IMG/VR virus record: IMGVR_UViG_3300021255_001866
Location: 25,314 to 89,313 of that record
Source of the DNA: a virus
Taxonomy: Duplodnaviria; Caudoviricetes
DNA: 64,000 nt
Direction: 5' to 3' (one strand)
Made by a program: the position numbers and the translations under genes. Below are positions 45,497 through 58,500 of the stretch, in pieces. Numbering within the stretch: position 1 is the first letter of the stretch; every line of letters begins with the position of its first letter. The notes beneath the pieces are model-generated. The model had not been told where the DNA came from. It made no database searches and saw only the letters and a list, made by a program, of their open reading frames with translations.

Positions 45497-46104
45497 GGGG
45501 CAATCTCCTTTCAAATTCGGGACTCTTTCGTTCCCTTCAGTGTCTATAATATACCACAAAATCCGGGAAAATGCAATACCTCGATTTAGACGTTATACGT
45601 CTAATTTTTAATGGAAGTTGTTAAACTTCCATAATTAACTCTGCGTTAACTAATTTAACACGTTCATCAGAATTGAAATCATAAATTTCACCAGTATCAA
45701 GACGAACTGCGTTAATGTTGTCTTCATCAATTGAGTCTATTTGATTTATTTTTAGATATGCGCAGTTGTTAAAAAGGAAAACGTCTCCTGCATCAAGATT
45801 ATAAAAAGCAGTTGTCCCATCATTATGTTTTTTAGTAATTTTCATTTTTTCTCCTTTTCTTTTTGTAATTATAATACATTATAATTTGATTGGTTTGTCA
45901 AGGGGTTTTAAAAACTTTTTTCGGATTATTTTACACCGACCATTAACTCTCAAAGGAGTGGCTCTCTTTCGCTCGCCGTTCTTATCTCCCCTTGACAATT
46001 ATTATTATATCAGATTTTTCTGAAATTGCAAGAGTGTGTTTTAGACGTTATACGTCTAAATAATATTTTGGGGAAAGATTACATTTTGTAATCTTTCCTT
46101 TTTG

Positions 46105-46854
46105 TTACCGGAGTGTAATTTCTGTCTTTTCTTTGTTAATTCTGATTTTAGAATAATCAAAGTAATAATCAATTTGTTCTTGTGTTCTAATATGAAGTGT
46201 TTTTTCCTGGAGTTTTTCGATTGAACGAAGTGTTTTGTATTCGCCCTCAAGTTTTGCGCCTGAGATAATGCACTGCCTCAGAATCTCTGCCTCGATTTCG
46301 GAATCATTCAGTGCGGTATGTGCTTCAATGAATTCTGTATCATTGAAGATAAACCTATAAACGGTTTCGGCGGTGGAAGAGTAATTGCCTGTTTCGGTAT
46401 AATAACCGTATTCATCACAAAATCGCTTGTATTCATCATTGATAAGGAACTGATGAACATAACCGCGAATATCTTTCACGGGGACGGTATCAAAAGGATT
46501 GTTGCACTTGTACCAATCACAATTGAAATTGAAAACCTTTTCATCAAAGGAAGAGTTATAAGCAAAAGCAACCTCAACCTGGTAGTTGCGAAAGTCCCTG
46601 ATCATCTGCTGGCAGATATAACCGAACTTGTCCATGATAGTTGTGCGCGCCCGCATGGCCACAACATACAGGGGACGCTTGTCCGCATAATAAGCGGAAG
46701 AGAATAGAGGCAGATTATGCCAAACTTGTTCTACAACATAGGAGCGGCGGCAGAGGGTAGACCAGTCCTCGGTATCAATCACAACATAGCCAATATTGTA
46801 GCAAAAGGGCTTGTCAAGAGACGTGGTTTCAGTGTCGAATACGCAGATTTTCAT
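46105..46854 (-). CDS. DEDDh 3'-5' exonuclease (paralog 2)
   Basis: FDTET, AYNSSFD, HTALND. Confidence 0.85.
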   Translation of the reverse strand: MKICVFDTETTSLDKPFCYNIGYVVIDTEDWSTLCRRSYVVEQVWHNLPLFSSAYYADKRPLYVVAMRARTTIMDKFGYICQQMIRDFRNYQVEVAFAYNSSFDEKVFNFNCDWYKCNNPFDTVPVKDIRGYVHQFLINDEYKRFCDEYGYYTETGNYSSTAETVYRFIFNDTEFIEAHTALNDSEIEAEILRQCIISGAKLEGEYKTLRSIEKLQEKTLHIRTQEQIDYYFDYSKIRINKEKTEITLR

Positions 46855-47021
46855 GATAAAATTCCTTTCTTTCGTTCAGGGGACTTACCTTCGTTTTCCC
46901 TTCTGACATTATGAATTATACCACATTTTAGGCAAAAGTCAATATGCGTATTTAGACGTGTGACGTCTAAATATGATTTTACGGAAAAAGTGTTACATTT
47001 CTGTAACACTTCTGTTTCTTT

Positions 47022-47453
47022 TTAGAGATTTTTGAGAACCTCAAAAATTTCTTTTTCCGTGTATGCTCCCTCGCCCCAGGATTCCCTGTTGTGTTTTTCG
47101 TCATCAAAAAGGATTCCTTGCCCGAAAAGCTCCTTCGGTGTTCCATATGGAAGAATCTCAATCTTTGAGAACTTGACTGACTTGAGATGAGTTTCGAGCC
47201 ACTGAATTTTGACCTTTGTAACTTCTCTATTGTACTCAGCAGAGCCGCCGCGGCTTGTCCATGAAATCACGTTTACGCTGTAGCCATCACGGATGAGGCG
47301 GTTGAGGATTCGTGCCAGTCTCTGAAGATTCACGAGCGGGCGCGCCTCAGCATATGGCCGCACATCTTCGTGCAGTAAGTCCTCAAGCCAACCATCTACG
47401 CCGTAAAGATCGGCAATAGTGCCGTCCATATCGAAATAAATCGCCTTGTTCAT
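47022..47453 (-). CDS. HAD-superfamily 5'-nucleotidase-like protein
   Basis: YFDMDGTIAD...ILFDD. Confidence 0.75.
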   Translation of the reverse strand: MNKAIYFDMDGTIADLYGVDGWLEDLLHEDVRPYAEARPLVNLQRLARILNRLIRDGYSVNVISWTSRGGSAEYNREVTKVKIQWLETHLKSVKFSKIEILPYGTPKELFGQGILFDDEKHNRESWGEGAYTEKEIFEVLKNL

Positions 47454-47891
47454 TTTTGTGTACCCCTTTCTCTATCGTGACTAAAGTATACCACAATTTG
47501 CGGAAAAATGCAATACTCTTATTTAGACGTCATACGTCTAAATTTTATTTTGGGGAAATTATTCCCCGAAACTTTCAAGATAATCAGCAACGTCATCAAA
47601 CCATGAGCCAATATCGTCCAAATTGCCATCTTTCTGGTGTTGAAAATCTATAAAAATCATATCATCTTGTGCCATTTCGCGAAAGATTCCCTGAACGGTT
47701 TTGATTGCGGTTTTCTCTTGCTCGCTAAGTTTAATGCAATGACAAATTTTCATTTGTTTTATCTCCTTTCTTATTGTGTCTATAATATATCATAAATTTT
47801 GGGAATTGTCAAACTTATTTTTAGACGTGTAACGTCTAAATCAAATAAAAATGGCAAAACGGTAACATTTCTGTTACCGTCTGCCATTTGG

Positions 47892-48245
47892 TTACGCTTC
47901 GGCGGGATAAGTGTATACCACCTTGCGCGCCTTGTCGATTTTGGCCTCGGCCTTGATGACCGTGCCATCCGCCACAAGGCCCTTGCACGCGGCGGTCACC
48001 TGGGACGGCGTGGCTCCGATTGTCTCCGCGATGGCGTCACGAGTGAAGGACTCACCCCGACGGTCACACAGGAAGTCAAGGACGGCCTGGACGCGTTCCT
48101 TAGCGGCCTTCTGCTCCTTGGTTTCGGTGGTCTTGCGTTTGGCGTTGCGGGCATCGAGCTTGTCGATGAGGATGCGGGAAGCCTCATCCATGTCAGCGGA
48201 GATATGAGCGTCAAGAACGGCCTGGAAGTATTCGCGAGTAGTCAT
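47892..48245 (-). CDS. MTTRE-family winged-helix protein (paralog 2)
   Basis: MTTREYF...TRDAIAETIGATPSQVTAACKGLVADG. Confidence 0.75.
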   Translation of the reverse strand: MTTREYFQAVLDAHISADMDEASRILIDKLDARNAKRKTTETKEQKAAKERVQAVLDFLCDRRGESFTRDAIAETIGATPSQVTAACKGLVADGTVIKAEAKIDKARKVVYTYPAEA

Positions 48246-48448
48246 TTTGGGAATCCTTTCTGCGCGTTTGCGCGATGGTGTCGGTCACCGCCCTATTTTT
48301 TAGATTTTCTCTGTTCCCCTTGGAACGATTATATATTACCACAAATTTCTGAAAAATGCAATAGTTCGCCAGATCCGTTTTTAGACGTTATACGTCTAAA
48401 TTATGCCATAAGGGAAAGAGTTACAGATTGTAACTCTTTCCCATTGGG

Positions 48449-48796
48449 TTATGCGGCGAGAGAGTAGAGAACCTTGCGAGACTTGCCAACCTTGCCCTCA
48501 GACTTAGTGACAACCCCGGCCTCAACCCACGGCTTGCAAGCGGCAGTGACCTGCGCCGGCGTGATGCCCAACTGTGCGGCAATGCCGTCACGGTCAACAA
48601 CCTCGTTCGGGTTGCTCTTGAAGAAGTTCAGAACCGCCTCACGGCGAGCCTGCGCCTCCAGCTTGTCCTTGGTGTCCGTGCTCTTGCGCTTTTCGTTCCG
48701 AGCGTCAAGAGCGGCAATCAGCTCCTGGGCTTTCGTGGTCAGCTCGTCAGAAACCTGAGCCTCAGCGATAGCAACATAGAATTCACGAGTCGTCAT
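48449..48796 (-). CDS. MTTRE-family winged-helix protein (paralog 3)
   Basis: MTTREFY...DRDGIAAQLGITPAQVTAACKPWVEAG. Confidence 0.75.
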   Translation of the reverse strand: MTTREFYVAIAEAQVSDELTTKAQELIAALDARNEKRKSTDTKDKLEAQARREAVLNFFKSNPNEVVDRDGIAAQLGITPAQVTAACKPWVEAGVVTKSEGKVGKSRKVLYSLAA

Positions 48797-51700
48797 AGTA
48801 GGTATCCTTTCTGCACCATAGTGCCACGGCGTTTGGTCGCCACCCTTATTTTGTTTTGTCCCTTTCCCTTGGGACAATTGTATAATACCACATCTTGCCC
48901 GAAATTGCAATACCCCTATTTAGACGTTATACGTCTAAAAACTGCACCGATGGCTCAGTAATCAAACTGAGCCATTACTTCGGTGTTGCCCTCTAAGGCG
49001 GCTTCGAGAATATCGGCCGAGGACGTGTAGGCGGACTCAAAGCCATGGTGGAGCCAGCTTCTGTATGAATCGCTGGATGGGTCCTTGTCGATCTCGGCTT
49101 GCCAACGTGCGGCACGGGCGCGGATAATGCGTAATGCTTCACGGATGTTTTCTTCGTTCATTTTGAGAACCTCCTCAAATCTCTTTCTTGATTCTGGTAT
49201 CATTATACCACTTTTTTCGGAAAAGTCAATATGGTGGTTTAGACATGATACGTCTAATTTTAACTGCGGGAGAATTAATCTTCTCCCGCGCATGAACTGC
49301 AATAGCATTGATAATCGTCATCAATTAGTGCTGACGGTGCTGCCATCGTCATACCACAACAAGTGCAAGCCACAATCATTGGAATACCATTTTCAGAAAA
49401 CCAACTTCCGGGAATCGAATCGCGTGGCATTTCCAGACCATACTCGTCTTTTATAAAATTTTTGAAAGTCTTCATTTTAGGAACCTCCATATTTTATTTT
49501 CCTTTCGGTGAGTATATATTACTATATTTTTGGAAAAATGTCAATCCCACTTTTTAGACGTTTTACGTCTAAACTAAATTTTCGGAAAAATCGAGGGAAG
49601 AAATCTTCCCTCAGTTTCTACTATGAAATTTTAGAAGAAATTAATGAGAAGGAAGTAGTCACAGAAAATTTCTCCGGTTTCCTCAGACACAAACCTCAGT
49701 TGGGTTTCGTTCTCAAAGTAGTAAACCTGCATGTTGTGATTCTGGTGATACACATAATGCGTTGTGTAAAAATCGTTGATGGCGGCCATGCGTGCGGCAG
49801 ACTCTGTATCATATGGTGCCCCAACATAAGTCTGTGTTCTTTCAGGGTTATTACTTCCCTCTTCTTTGACTATGATAACTTTCATTTGGTGTTCCTCCTT
49901 ATCTTTGATGATATAAGTATACCACTGATTTATTAATCTGTCAATCGCATATTTAGACGTGATACGTCTAAATAGTCGTCACTTCCGAAGAAGTGACATT
50001 TTGTTACCAACCGAAGTCGAAACGGTCTTCCCAGAAACAAAACATTTGGCATTCTGTAACGCCAATTGAAAAGTCGGCGTCTTCTGTCCATTGAAATTCT
50101 ACTTCCATTTCTACTTCTTCTTTTGTATCGAAAAAATGCTTTTCAATACGCCCGTCATTAAATTCGATAATTAATTCAAACATTTTTAGTACCTCCGTTA
50201 TTTTTTATTCCCTTGGAACGATTATAGTATACTACTTTCGGGAAAATTTGTCAACGTCATATTTAGACGCAATACGTCTAAAAATACTTTTGTGAAAAAA
50301 TGGCGGGACTACCTGGAGGTATAGTAGTTGCCCGCCCCGTCGTATCAATTTTAGAGTTTTGGGAAGTAGTTGGTGGCATTGCCATGCGCCCGCGTCTTAC
50401 AGTCATCCTTTCCAACTTTTATCTGGTGATCTCATTTCCCTTTCGGTACTTTTTCCATTTCTTGAACCTTGACTTCCCTTAACTGTCTATAATATACCAT
50501 AAATTCCGGGAAACGTCAATAGTCTAATTTAGACGCAATACGTCTAAATCGGAATATCGGGAAATTATTTTTCCCGATAACCGTGTTCAATTTCCCAAAA
50601 ATAATCGTCGTTTTCCCTCTGATTTCGGGAAATCTCATCTTCACATTTCTTTGTAAACCAAATCAAAAGAATGATTACCAAAATTACTAAAATTCCCCAA
50701 CTAATCGGATTATCCATCATTTGCAGCTTCCTTTCTGATTTTCTATATATATTATACCACGAATTTTAGGAAATTTCAAGCCGCAGCTCACAGCTTCTCA
50801 GCTCGCAGCTGCCAATTCCGGAAAAATCCGGTCCGGGCACCATGTCACAGGACTCGATGCGGTTCCCCGTCCAGAATCAGGACTGCGGCTTCCCTTCCCC
50901 AACTGACGAGGATATTATAGCATACTTTTCGGGAAAACACAATACCTTGAGTTAGACGTTGTACGTCTAACACAATATATTGTGGTTAAACGGGACTAAC
51001 TGCGATACGTCTAAATAATTTAGACGGAACACGTCTAAATTTTGGGAATGATTGATAAACAGTGTTAATCAATTGATACGTCTAAATTTTTTTGGGAAGG
51101 ATACGTCTAAATTTTTTCGGAATTGGTTAAATAAGTCTAACTTTTGGAAAAAGAGAAAAGCCTCGCCTCTGGAGAAGCGAGGCCCGAAAATTTTTCCTCC
51201 TTAGATTGCTTTCAAGTCATACGCCTGTCCGCAGGTTAGAAGGTCCGCTTTTTCGATTGCCTCGGCAAAAGACGAGGCAGGAAATACCTCAATATATTCC
51301 CGGTCCTGGCCACAAAATTTTATCATGTACATAATTTTCCCTCCTCAATTAGTTGAAGGGCTTTTCAGCCCCTCATATCGTAGTGAAATGTGTATCTGTC
51401 GAGATGCTCACAATACAGTTTAAGGTATCTGAAATCCATTTCATAGTTCATGATTTCAGCGATACGATACAGGCCGAGGCCGCAGGCCCTGTATAGTTCA
51501 ACGGCCGTCTTTCTTCCTGCAAGCCTTACTTTCTTATCTCTGATTTTATCAGCATAAGCAAGTATAGCCTCTTCAGAATTCATATCAATCTTATCTCTCA
51601 ACAGGAAGTTGTACGTCCTAACAGAAAAGGTTGCTAACATTGTTTCATCCTCCTTAATTGTTTATTAAGTGGAGGGCCTTAGCCCTCCACGATACCTGCC

Positions 51701-51878
51701 GGAGCGCTGAACTCATTGTTCAGCGCCTCAAGCATTGCCTCGGCCTCGGCCTCAAGCCTGCGCCCTTCGTCTTCCATGCCACAGCGATAACATACGGTGG
51801 CCTCATACCGCTTCCATACAATAGTGTTCAATGTTTCGATGTACATTTTTTATACCTCCTTTATATTGTCGAGGGGCT

Positions 51879-52403
51879 TTATTCGAGCCCCTCAAAATCG
51901 TCCTCAGTGTACACCGTGCCAGGCTCATAGGGAATCGGCCAATCAAGTAGCCATTCGAACCACTTTTTGGAAGATACCTGAATTGCCTCCTCGGGGTTTT
52001 TTCCGTTCGTGCTTTTCGTAGCTCCGAACCTGTCGAGGGCTGCGAGGAAAACTTCAGTTGGAATGAGGACAGGGTCTATCTCTCTGTATTCGTCCCAGGC
52101 CTCTGTATTCTTGCCTGCTTTGTGCTTTTGCGTGAACTGCAGGCGGTAAATAACGAAACGAGGCGCGCCTTTCATGCGGAGGGAAGCAATCCTGCCTCCG
52201 TTCGTCTTAACCTCCGCCCTGACATTGCCTTTGCCGAGGCGAATATAAACATCGGCCTCGCCCTGCTTGCTAACTCTTGTCTTGTGAGAGCCTGCCGAGG
52301 CGCATTCCAATTCGAAAATACGTCCTTCAGCGCCTTGATCGTGGTCTTTGTTGGCATAATGCCTCGCAATTTCAGCCTGTCTTTTCTTTTCATAAGTTGT
52401 CAT
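51879..52403 (-). CDS. First gene of the leftward early block; possible PD-(D/E)XK nuclease
   Basis: GRIFE...ADVYIRLGKGNVRAEVKT resembles E...D...ExK; GGAGGT RBS. Confidence 0.45.
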   Translation of the reverse strand: MTTYEKKRQAEIARHYANKDHDQGAEGRIFELECASAGSHKTRVSKQGEADVYIRLGKGNVRAEVKTNGGRIASLRMKGAPRFVIYRLQFTQKHKAGKNTEAWDEYREIDPVLIPTEVFLAALDRFGATKSTNGKNPEEAIQVSSKKWFEWLLDWPIPYEPGTVYTEDDFEGLE

Positions 52404-52987
52404 AATAGTTACCTCCATAAATCAAATTTGTAGCTTGCTTTGTTTGCTTGCCCTTAGACGCTTGCTTTTGACGGCGGCCACCTTAGACAGAGGCTTTTCC
52501 TGCGGTATTCAATTTTGACGGTTTATACTGTTTGTTACCGAATTGTAACAAGTCCAGTCGTTACAATACAGGGCATTCTCTACCCGATTACGGCCTGCGT
52601 ACCCGCTCAATTAATGCAGGTTCTTTATCTACCGTGACTACAATATAGCACATATAAAAACGAATTGCAAGCATTAATTTTCATTTTTAGACGTTTCTAT
52701 GTTAATTTGTTAAACTTGCACAAAAACAAGGCCGGGGTACTTGTGGGAATTGTGCATTTTGCCGACGCCCGATTTTCGCCGGCCTAGCATCATAATTTTA
52801 CGAAATCAATTTTTCAATTTCATAGTTTTACGAAACCAAAATCCCAACTCCATAGTTTTCTTCCCGAAATTTGACTTTTTTATCCCGCTGTGATATAATA
52901 TAAGCATAAGGGGAAAAATTACATAGGAGAGTGTATACGTATATTTCTTTCCCCGCTGTTTACTACGTATACCTTGTACGTTAAAGT

Positions 52988-54349
52988 TTGCCACGCAATA
53001 GATTACGTCTAGACTTCTCACTTGAAACCACATCCGAACGTCTAGCATTTTTAGACTCCTATCTTCCAACTATTAAATTTGAACCAGACGACCATGAGAT
53101 CGAGACACTCTCAGACTATATATTATGGGGCAAAAATAAAGATGGCCTAAACGCCCAACAAGAAGGCATTACCACCATCAAAGAATGGGCACCATCCCAA
53201 GTTGACTCCATCGAAGGGCTCATCGAACAACCCGGCTTTTAGGAGACTCGCCTAAAATCTCTTGAAGGCACCCACTACAGCGCCCGCCGCGTTGTCTTCG
53301 ACCGCAAGAAAGCTCTTCAAGAAGCCGAAAACAACCCAACTTTAACATAGATTTTTAAGGACTTATTTAAATAGATAGATACAATTGAAATCACAATTAA
53401 CTACTATGATCTCCAAAAAGGAAAACGAAAAACGCCACCGCGCGCAAAACTTCTAAGTCAATTCACTACAGAAGAACAACAACACCTTCAAGATAAAGCC
53501 GCGGCCCTAACATAGAGATAGTACTTAAAGATGCGCCACCGCCTCGTAGAATTGCGCACGGAGCAATATACATACCGCGATAGTGTCATCAACACTATAA
53601 TGCCGCACCCTACAAACGACTTTACCGAATCCAAAATCTACGAACACGAAAAAGACATCGAAATCTTACCTTTTGGAGTTCATGACGGTACAGAATGGGG
53701 CGACAAGGTCTTCAGCCTCGAACCAGACCCCAACAAATTCACCGAATCAGATTTACGGCGAGTCACTCAACTCTTATGGAAAGAAAAAAATACCGAGCGC
53801 GCCCTCAACTTTGAGAATCCAGATCATATTTTAATATTATATCGGTAGTACCATGAGTTAGAGCTGGCCGCACAAAGAGATCCAAAACAGCACTATAGTA
53901 GAGCCGCCGGCATTTTTATGACACTTAAGTATTATGAAAAGCTTGCGAAGTTAGATGATAAATAGCGCGATATCCTATATATGAAACGCAATAAATTTTA
54001 GAATGTAGATATTGCGGCGTACATCAACAATAAGTACAACACAACCTATAATGATAATTATATTTCAACAATCTATAGACAGAAAGTATTACCAATGGTA
54101 GCATAGGCAGCAACTCTACATTATAAGATAATGTAGAATATATTCTATCCAGAAGAATTTAAGAAATGTAGAGACTGCGGCCGGCTGTTGTGGAGATCCG
54201 CAGACTTCTTTATGCGGCAGCGCAAAGCACCAGATGGATTCGCACCACGCTGTAAAGCATGTTCGAGAATTAGACGCAGAGAGGAGAGACGAAGAAATGC
54301 AGTTACAAGAATCATTACTAGAGCAGATCGTGAAAATGGAGCCACTTGA
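52988..54349 (+). CDS. Hypothetical 453-aa protein with C-terminal HTH and Cys zinc finger, 10 in-frame TAG
   Basis: One frame free of TAA/TGA until 54347; NVDIAAYINNKY and CRDCG...CKAC. Confidence 0.75.
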
Positions 54350-54584
54350 GTTCATGGGTTTAGCAAAGTTACTTGGGGTAAGAGTTATGGAAGAATAGGC
54401 TAGTAATGACTCGGCCGCCGACAACGATAAACCCCAACTCAAACCACGTTCTTTCACGGATGTTTTAGATGATGTAATGAAGAAATTTACGAATTTGAAT
54501 AGGACAAAAAAAAGAGAGATTATAAAACTGGTGAAGAAGTCCAACTCTATAAAGCGGGGTGGAATGGATGCCAGTAATACCTAA
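54297..54584 (+). CDS. Hypothetical protein, 1 in-frame TAG
   Basis: MEPLEFMGLAKLLGV...; overlaps both neighbours in operon fashion. Confidence 0.6.
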
Positions 54585-55578
54585 AATTAATAATTAGATG
54601 GCGGCCGGCTCATCTAAACGCTGTGAGAAATGCGGCCGCCTATTGCCACTTTCCTAGTTCTCTATAAGCCACAGCCAATTTTATCCAGACCACCGATTAC
54701 CACTGTGCAACGGTTGCATAGCCGAAATAATAGACGCCGGGGGTAATAACTGGGAAATTGTAGATAAGGTATGTCAATGGGCAGATATACCTTTTGTAGT
54801 AAAAGAATGGGAACGAGTATAGGAGATAACTTTACCAACCGAAACTTGGGCGACTTATGCGAAGATTTTTGCAGATTAGGAATATGAAGGATTAGGTTGG
54901 GGGCATTATTATCAGTAGTATAAGAGATTAAAAGAGACTGGATTAATTGAAGAAGAAATACCTCAACTGCGCGAGCGCCATTATGCTGAGTTGCGCCGCA
55001 AGTGGGGTGAAAACTATGATGATGAAGAGCTCAATCATCTAGAAGATTTATATCGCGGCCTTATGAATACACAAAATATAAGCGGCGCGCTATAGATTGA
55101 CCAAGCACAAAAACTCTGTAAGTTATCTTTAGAGATAGATAATAGAATACGCGCTGGAGACAAAGAAGTTGATAAGTTCATGTCTTCGTATGATAAGATT
55201 ATAAAGAGTGCTGAGTTTACACCGAAGAACGCGAAAAATGCGACTGACTTTGATAGCTTTGCGGAAGTTGCATATTGGCTTGAAAAGCACGGAAAGATTA
55301 ACAAGTTCTATGATGATGTTACGCGCGATGTCATAGATGAATCTCTAAAGAATATTGAGAATTATAATTAGCGGCTTTATATAAATGAAGGCGGAATTGG
55401 AGAAGAGATATCTCAACGTTTGAGCGCGCTCAAGGCAGCTAATACTATAGAGTAGAGTAGTGGAATATACGACGTTTAGCCCAACTTTAATCCAGATGAA
55501 TATGATAATGATGCTTATATAATTGATGGCGAACAAGATGAATTTGATCCTGGTGGTGATACAAATGGCAGTTATTGA
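54568..55578 (+). CDS. Zinc-finger protein upstream of the terminase (possible small terminase), 9 in-frame TAG
   Basis: CEKCG...CNGC, then WGENY..EEL..LE.LY; one frame to TGA 55576. Confidence 0.7.
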
Positions 55579-58500
55579 ATTGCTGAATCCAGATTCGCTA
55601 TAGTTCAGTACCCAAGAAAGACTTTATCATGATGGTATTGAATTAGAAAAAGGAGTTGTAATTACTCCTTATTTCTTAGAGAAGAATTAGGATTTTCTTT
55701 AGGAGTGCTTTTAGATATTTAGCGTTTATCCAGATGTATTTTTGGATTTAATCACTCCTTAGAATTCTAATTTTACTCTATTTCCTTATCAACGTATATT
55801 TCTGCGCGCGTGCATGAGATATACTTCTATATATATTACCGCGGCCCGTGCAACTTCAAAGACTTTTTTGTCAATACTGGCAAAGTATTTATAGTGTGTG
55901 TTTTTACCAAACCATGTTGGATCTATTGTTGCTCCTAATAAGGCGCAGGCCGCAAAAATTAGTAAGTAGAAAATTCAAGAGATATGGCGTATTTGGCCGC
56001 TCTTGAAGAATGAGTTAGAGCCTGGTATGAGCGATGGAGTCCACGCAAATTTCGGAAAAGACTATGTTGAATTGTTCTTTAAAAACGGCGCGCGGCTTAC
56101 AGTTGTCGGCGCGCTGGATTCTGATCGTGGACTTCGTACTCATGCCACTCTTATTGACGAAGCACGTGACCAAGATGGCGATGCAATTAACGAAATTGTT
56201 TTGCCGCAAATGAACGTATCTCGTCGTATGGATAATGGATTGATTAATCCTTATGAAAAGATTAATACTCAAGTAATATATGCTACTTCTGCTGGTACAA
56301 AAGCTTCCTTCGCTTAATCAATAGAGACTCATAGGCGAAGTAAAACCCGGTGAACCCAAAATGGGGTGTGGTAATTTATTACTGCTAATAGTGAAGCTTA
56401 ATTGTAACGCTATGCCAAGCCACTTATATGTGGAAGGTTCAGAGACTATCGAAAACACTATTATAATAGGAAGTGAGTAGAGTAGGTATGAGTGAGAAAC
56501 TTATATCGAAGCGCCGGGATTCAATTTATTAAAGTATAAATGCTAATTTCTACTTATTTGCGTAAGGCAAAATAATAGAAAATTGGAGGTTAGCATGGAA
56601 CTTTGGAAAGATATAATAAATGCAAGTAATTATGAAGTATCTAATTATGGTTAGATTCGTAACAAAACAACTAAATATATATTAAAAGGTAGAATATGTA
56701 AAACTGGCTACTATTAGGTTTCTATAAAACTTGATAGTACTGGGAAATTTACTAATTAGTATATACATAGACTTGTTGCTATTGCTTGGATACCAAATGA
56801 AGATAACAAACCAAGCGTAAACCATAAAGATGGTGATAAAAGTAATAATTGTGTTGATAATTTAGAATGGATGACATATACTGAATAGTAGGCACATCGT
56901 ACAGAACAATTAGGTAAGAAAAATATTGGTTCTCCAAAGAAGGTTGGGCAATATAATAAAGACGGTACATTAATTCATATTTTTAGTTCTGTTGAAGAAG
57001 CGGCTGCCAGTTTTGGTAAAAGTCGAGTTAATATTGATAATGCCATTCATCATAAGAAAAATCAACAATCTGCATATGGTTATATTTGGAAATATATTGA
57101 ATAAGAAATAGTCCAAGAATAAAAGTATGAGGCTTTGATAGATACTTTTGAAAAAGCAATAATTGATCCAAAATCTAGTTTCTGTATAGGACTTGATTAT
57201 CGCATCCCCGCCATGCACGGACTTATTGACCCAACGTATGTTCGTAATCTCAAACTCTCACCTTCTTATAATGAAACTACGTTCGCGGCTGAATATCTCG
57301 GTATGTGGTTGGGTGGTAGTGATGAATCTTGGTTTGATTATTCTAAACTTACAAAGTATCGAAAAATTAAAAATCCAGAGTGGACACAAAAGTTTAGAGC
57401 AGATAAAAACGTTTTCTACTTAATTTCAGTCGATGTAGGTAGACTTCACGACCAAACCGTAGCATGTATATGGCGCGTTAATATTCGTGATAATAAATAC
57501 TATGGAACGCTTGTAAATTTATTTGTCCTTGGACGCCAAGCTGAGACTAAAACCTTTGTACAATAGGCTATTGATTTAAAAAAGTTGATTGAAATATATC
57601 AACCACGCGAAGTCGTAATTGATTGCAATGGCTTGGGTGGATTTAACGCTCAAGTAAAATCCCTTTAATTGCTGGAAAACCCTAACGTATAGACGAGGGC
57701 AATCAGCAGCGAAGACTTAAGAAAAAGACACTTTTATTGGAGGTGTATATATGGAAAAGAAACTAATTACTATTTGTAAGTATCCATTACGTTATAATTA
57801 CTATGTTACAGATGATGGGTAGGTTTGGAGTCAACGAACCAATAAGTTTTTAAAGCAACATAAAGATAAAGATGGTTATATGAAAGTTAGATTATGTTGT
57901 TCAGACTTAGAGCCAGGTAAAACCCATACGTTTTCTGTTCATAGATTAATAATGGAAAATTTTAAACCGATTACAAATATGAATAACTTACAAGTTAATC
58001 ATATTGATGGAGATAAAACAAATAATTGTTTACATAATCTCGAGTGGGTGACTTGTGAAGAAAATATTCATCATGCTATTGAAAATGGATTACGAGCAAG
58101 AGTAAATGGCGCTGCAAAATTAACACCGGAGCAAGTAAAAGAAATTTATATTCGTGGAAATAATGGCGAACGAAATGTAGATTTATCTGAAGAATATGGT
58201 GTACATCCAGACATAATTGGTAAAATTAAAAATGGTAAAATGTGGCGTGAAGTTACTTCTAATCTTAAGTAACGTTCAACGACTAGTCGAAAGACGTAGA
58301 TTCAAGCGAATCGAAATGGGGGATATCGAAAGATAAAGATATAGTCTTATCTATATGGAAACATATAGCAGTTCATAAGAGAACGCATACGAACTAGCGA
58401 CTCGTATGGAAAATAATGGTTGGCTTGGCAGACGAAATGATTCGTACTTAGTTAGATGAAAATGGTAACGAAATCTCGGCCTATGGATTTTTTAATAATG

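Larger units (their letters stand above)
43959..51039. promoter_or_regulatory. Array of 17 copies of the palindrome TTTAGACGT-N3-ACGTCTAAA, nearly all upstream of minus-strand sigmaA-like promoters
   Basis: Copies start at 43959, 44237, 45076, 45585, 46040, 46951, 47522, 47820, 48380, 48919, 49238, 49553, 49952, 50262, 50528, 50951 and 51019; an 8-nt gap to the -35 hexamer was seen in all copies checked. Confidence 0.92.

Noticed and set aside
43959-51039. Regularly recurring 21-bp repeat as a CRISPR array
   Set aside because: Spacing is irregular (about 70-900 bp), the intervals contain genes and promoters, and no cas genes are present.
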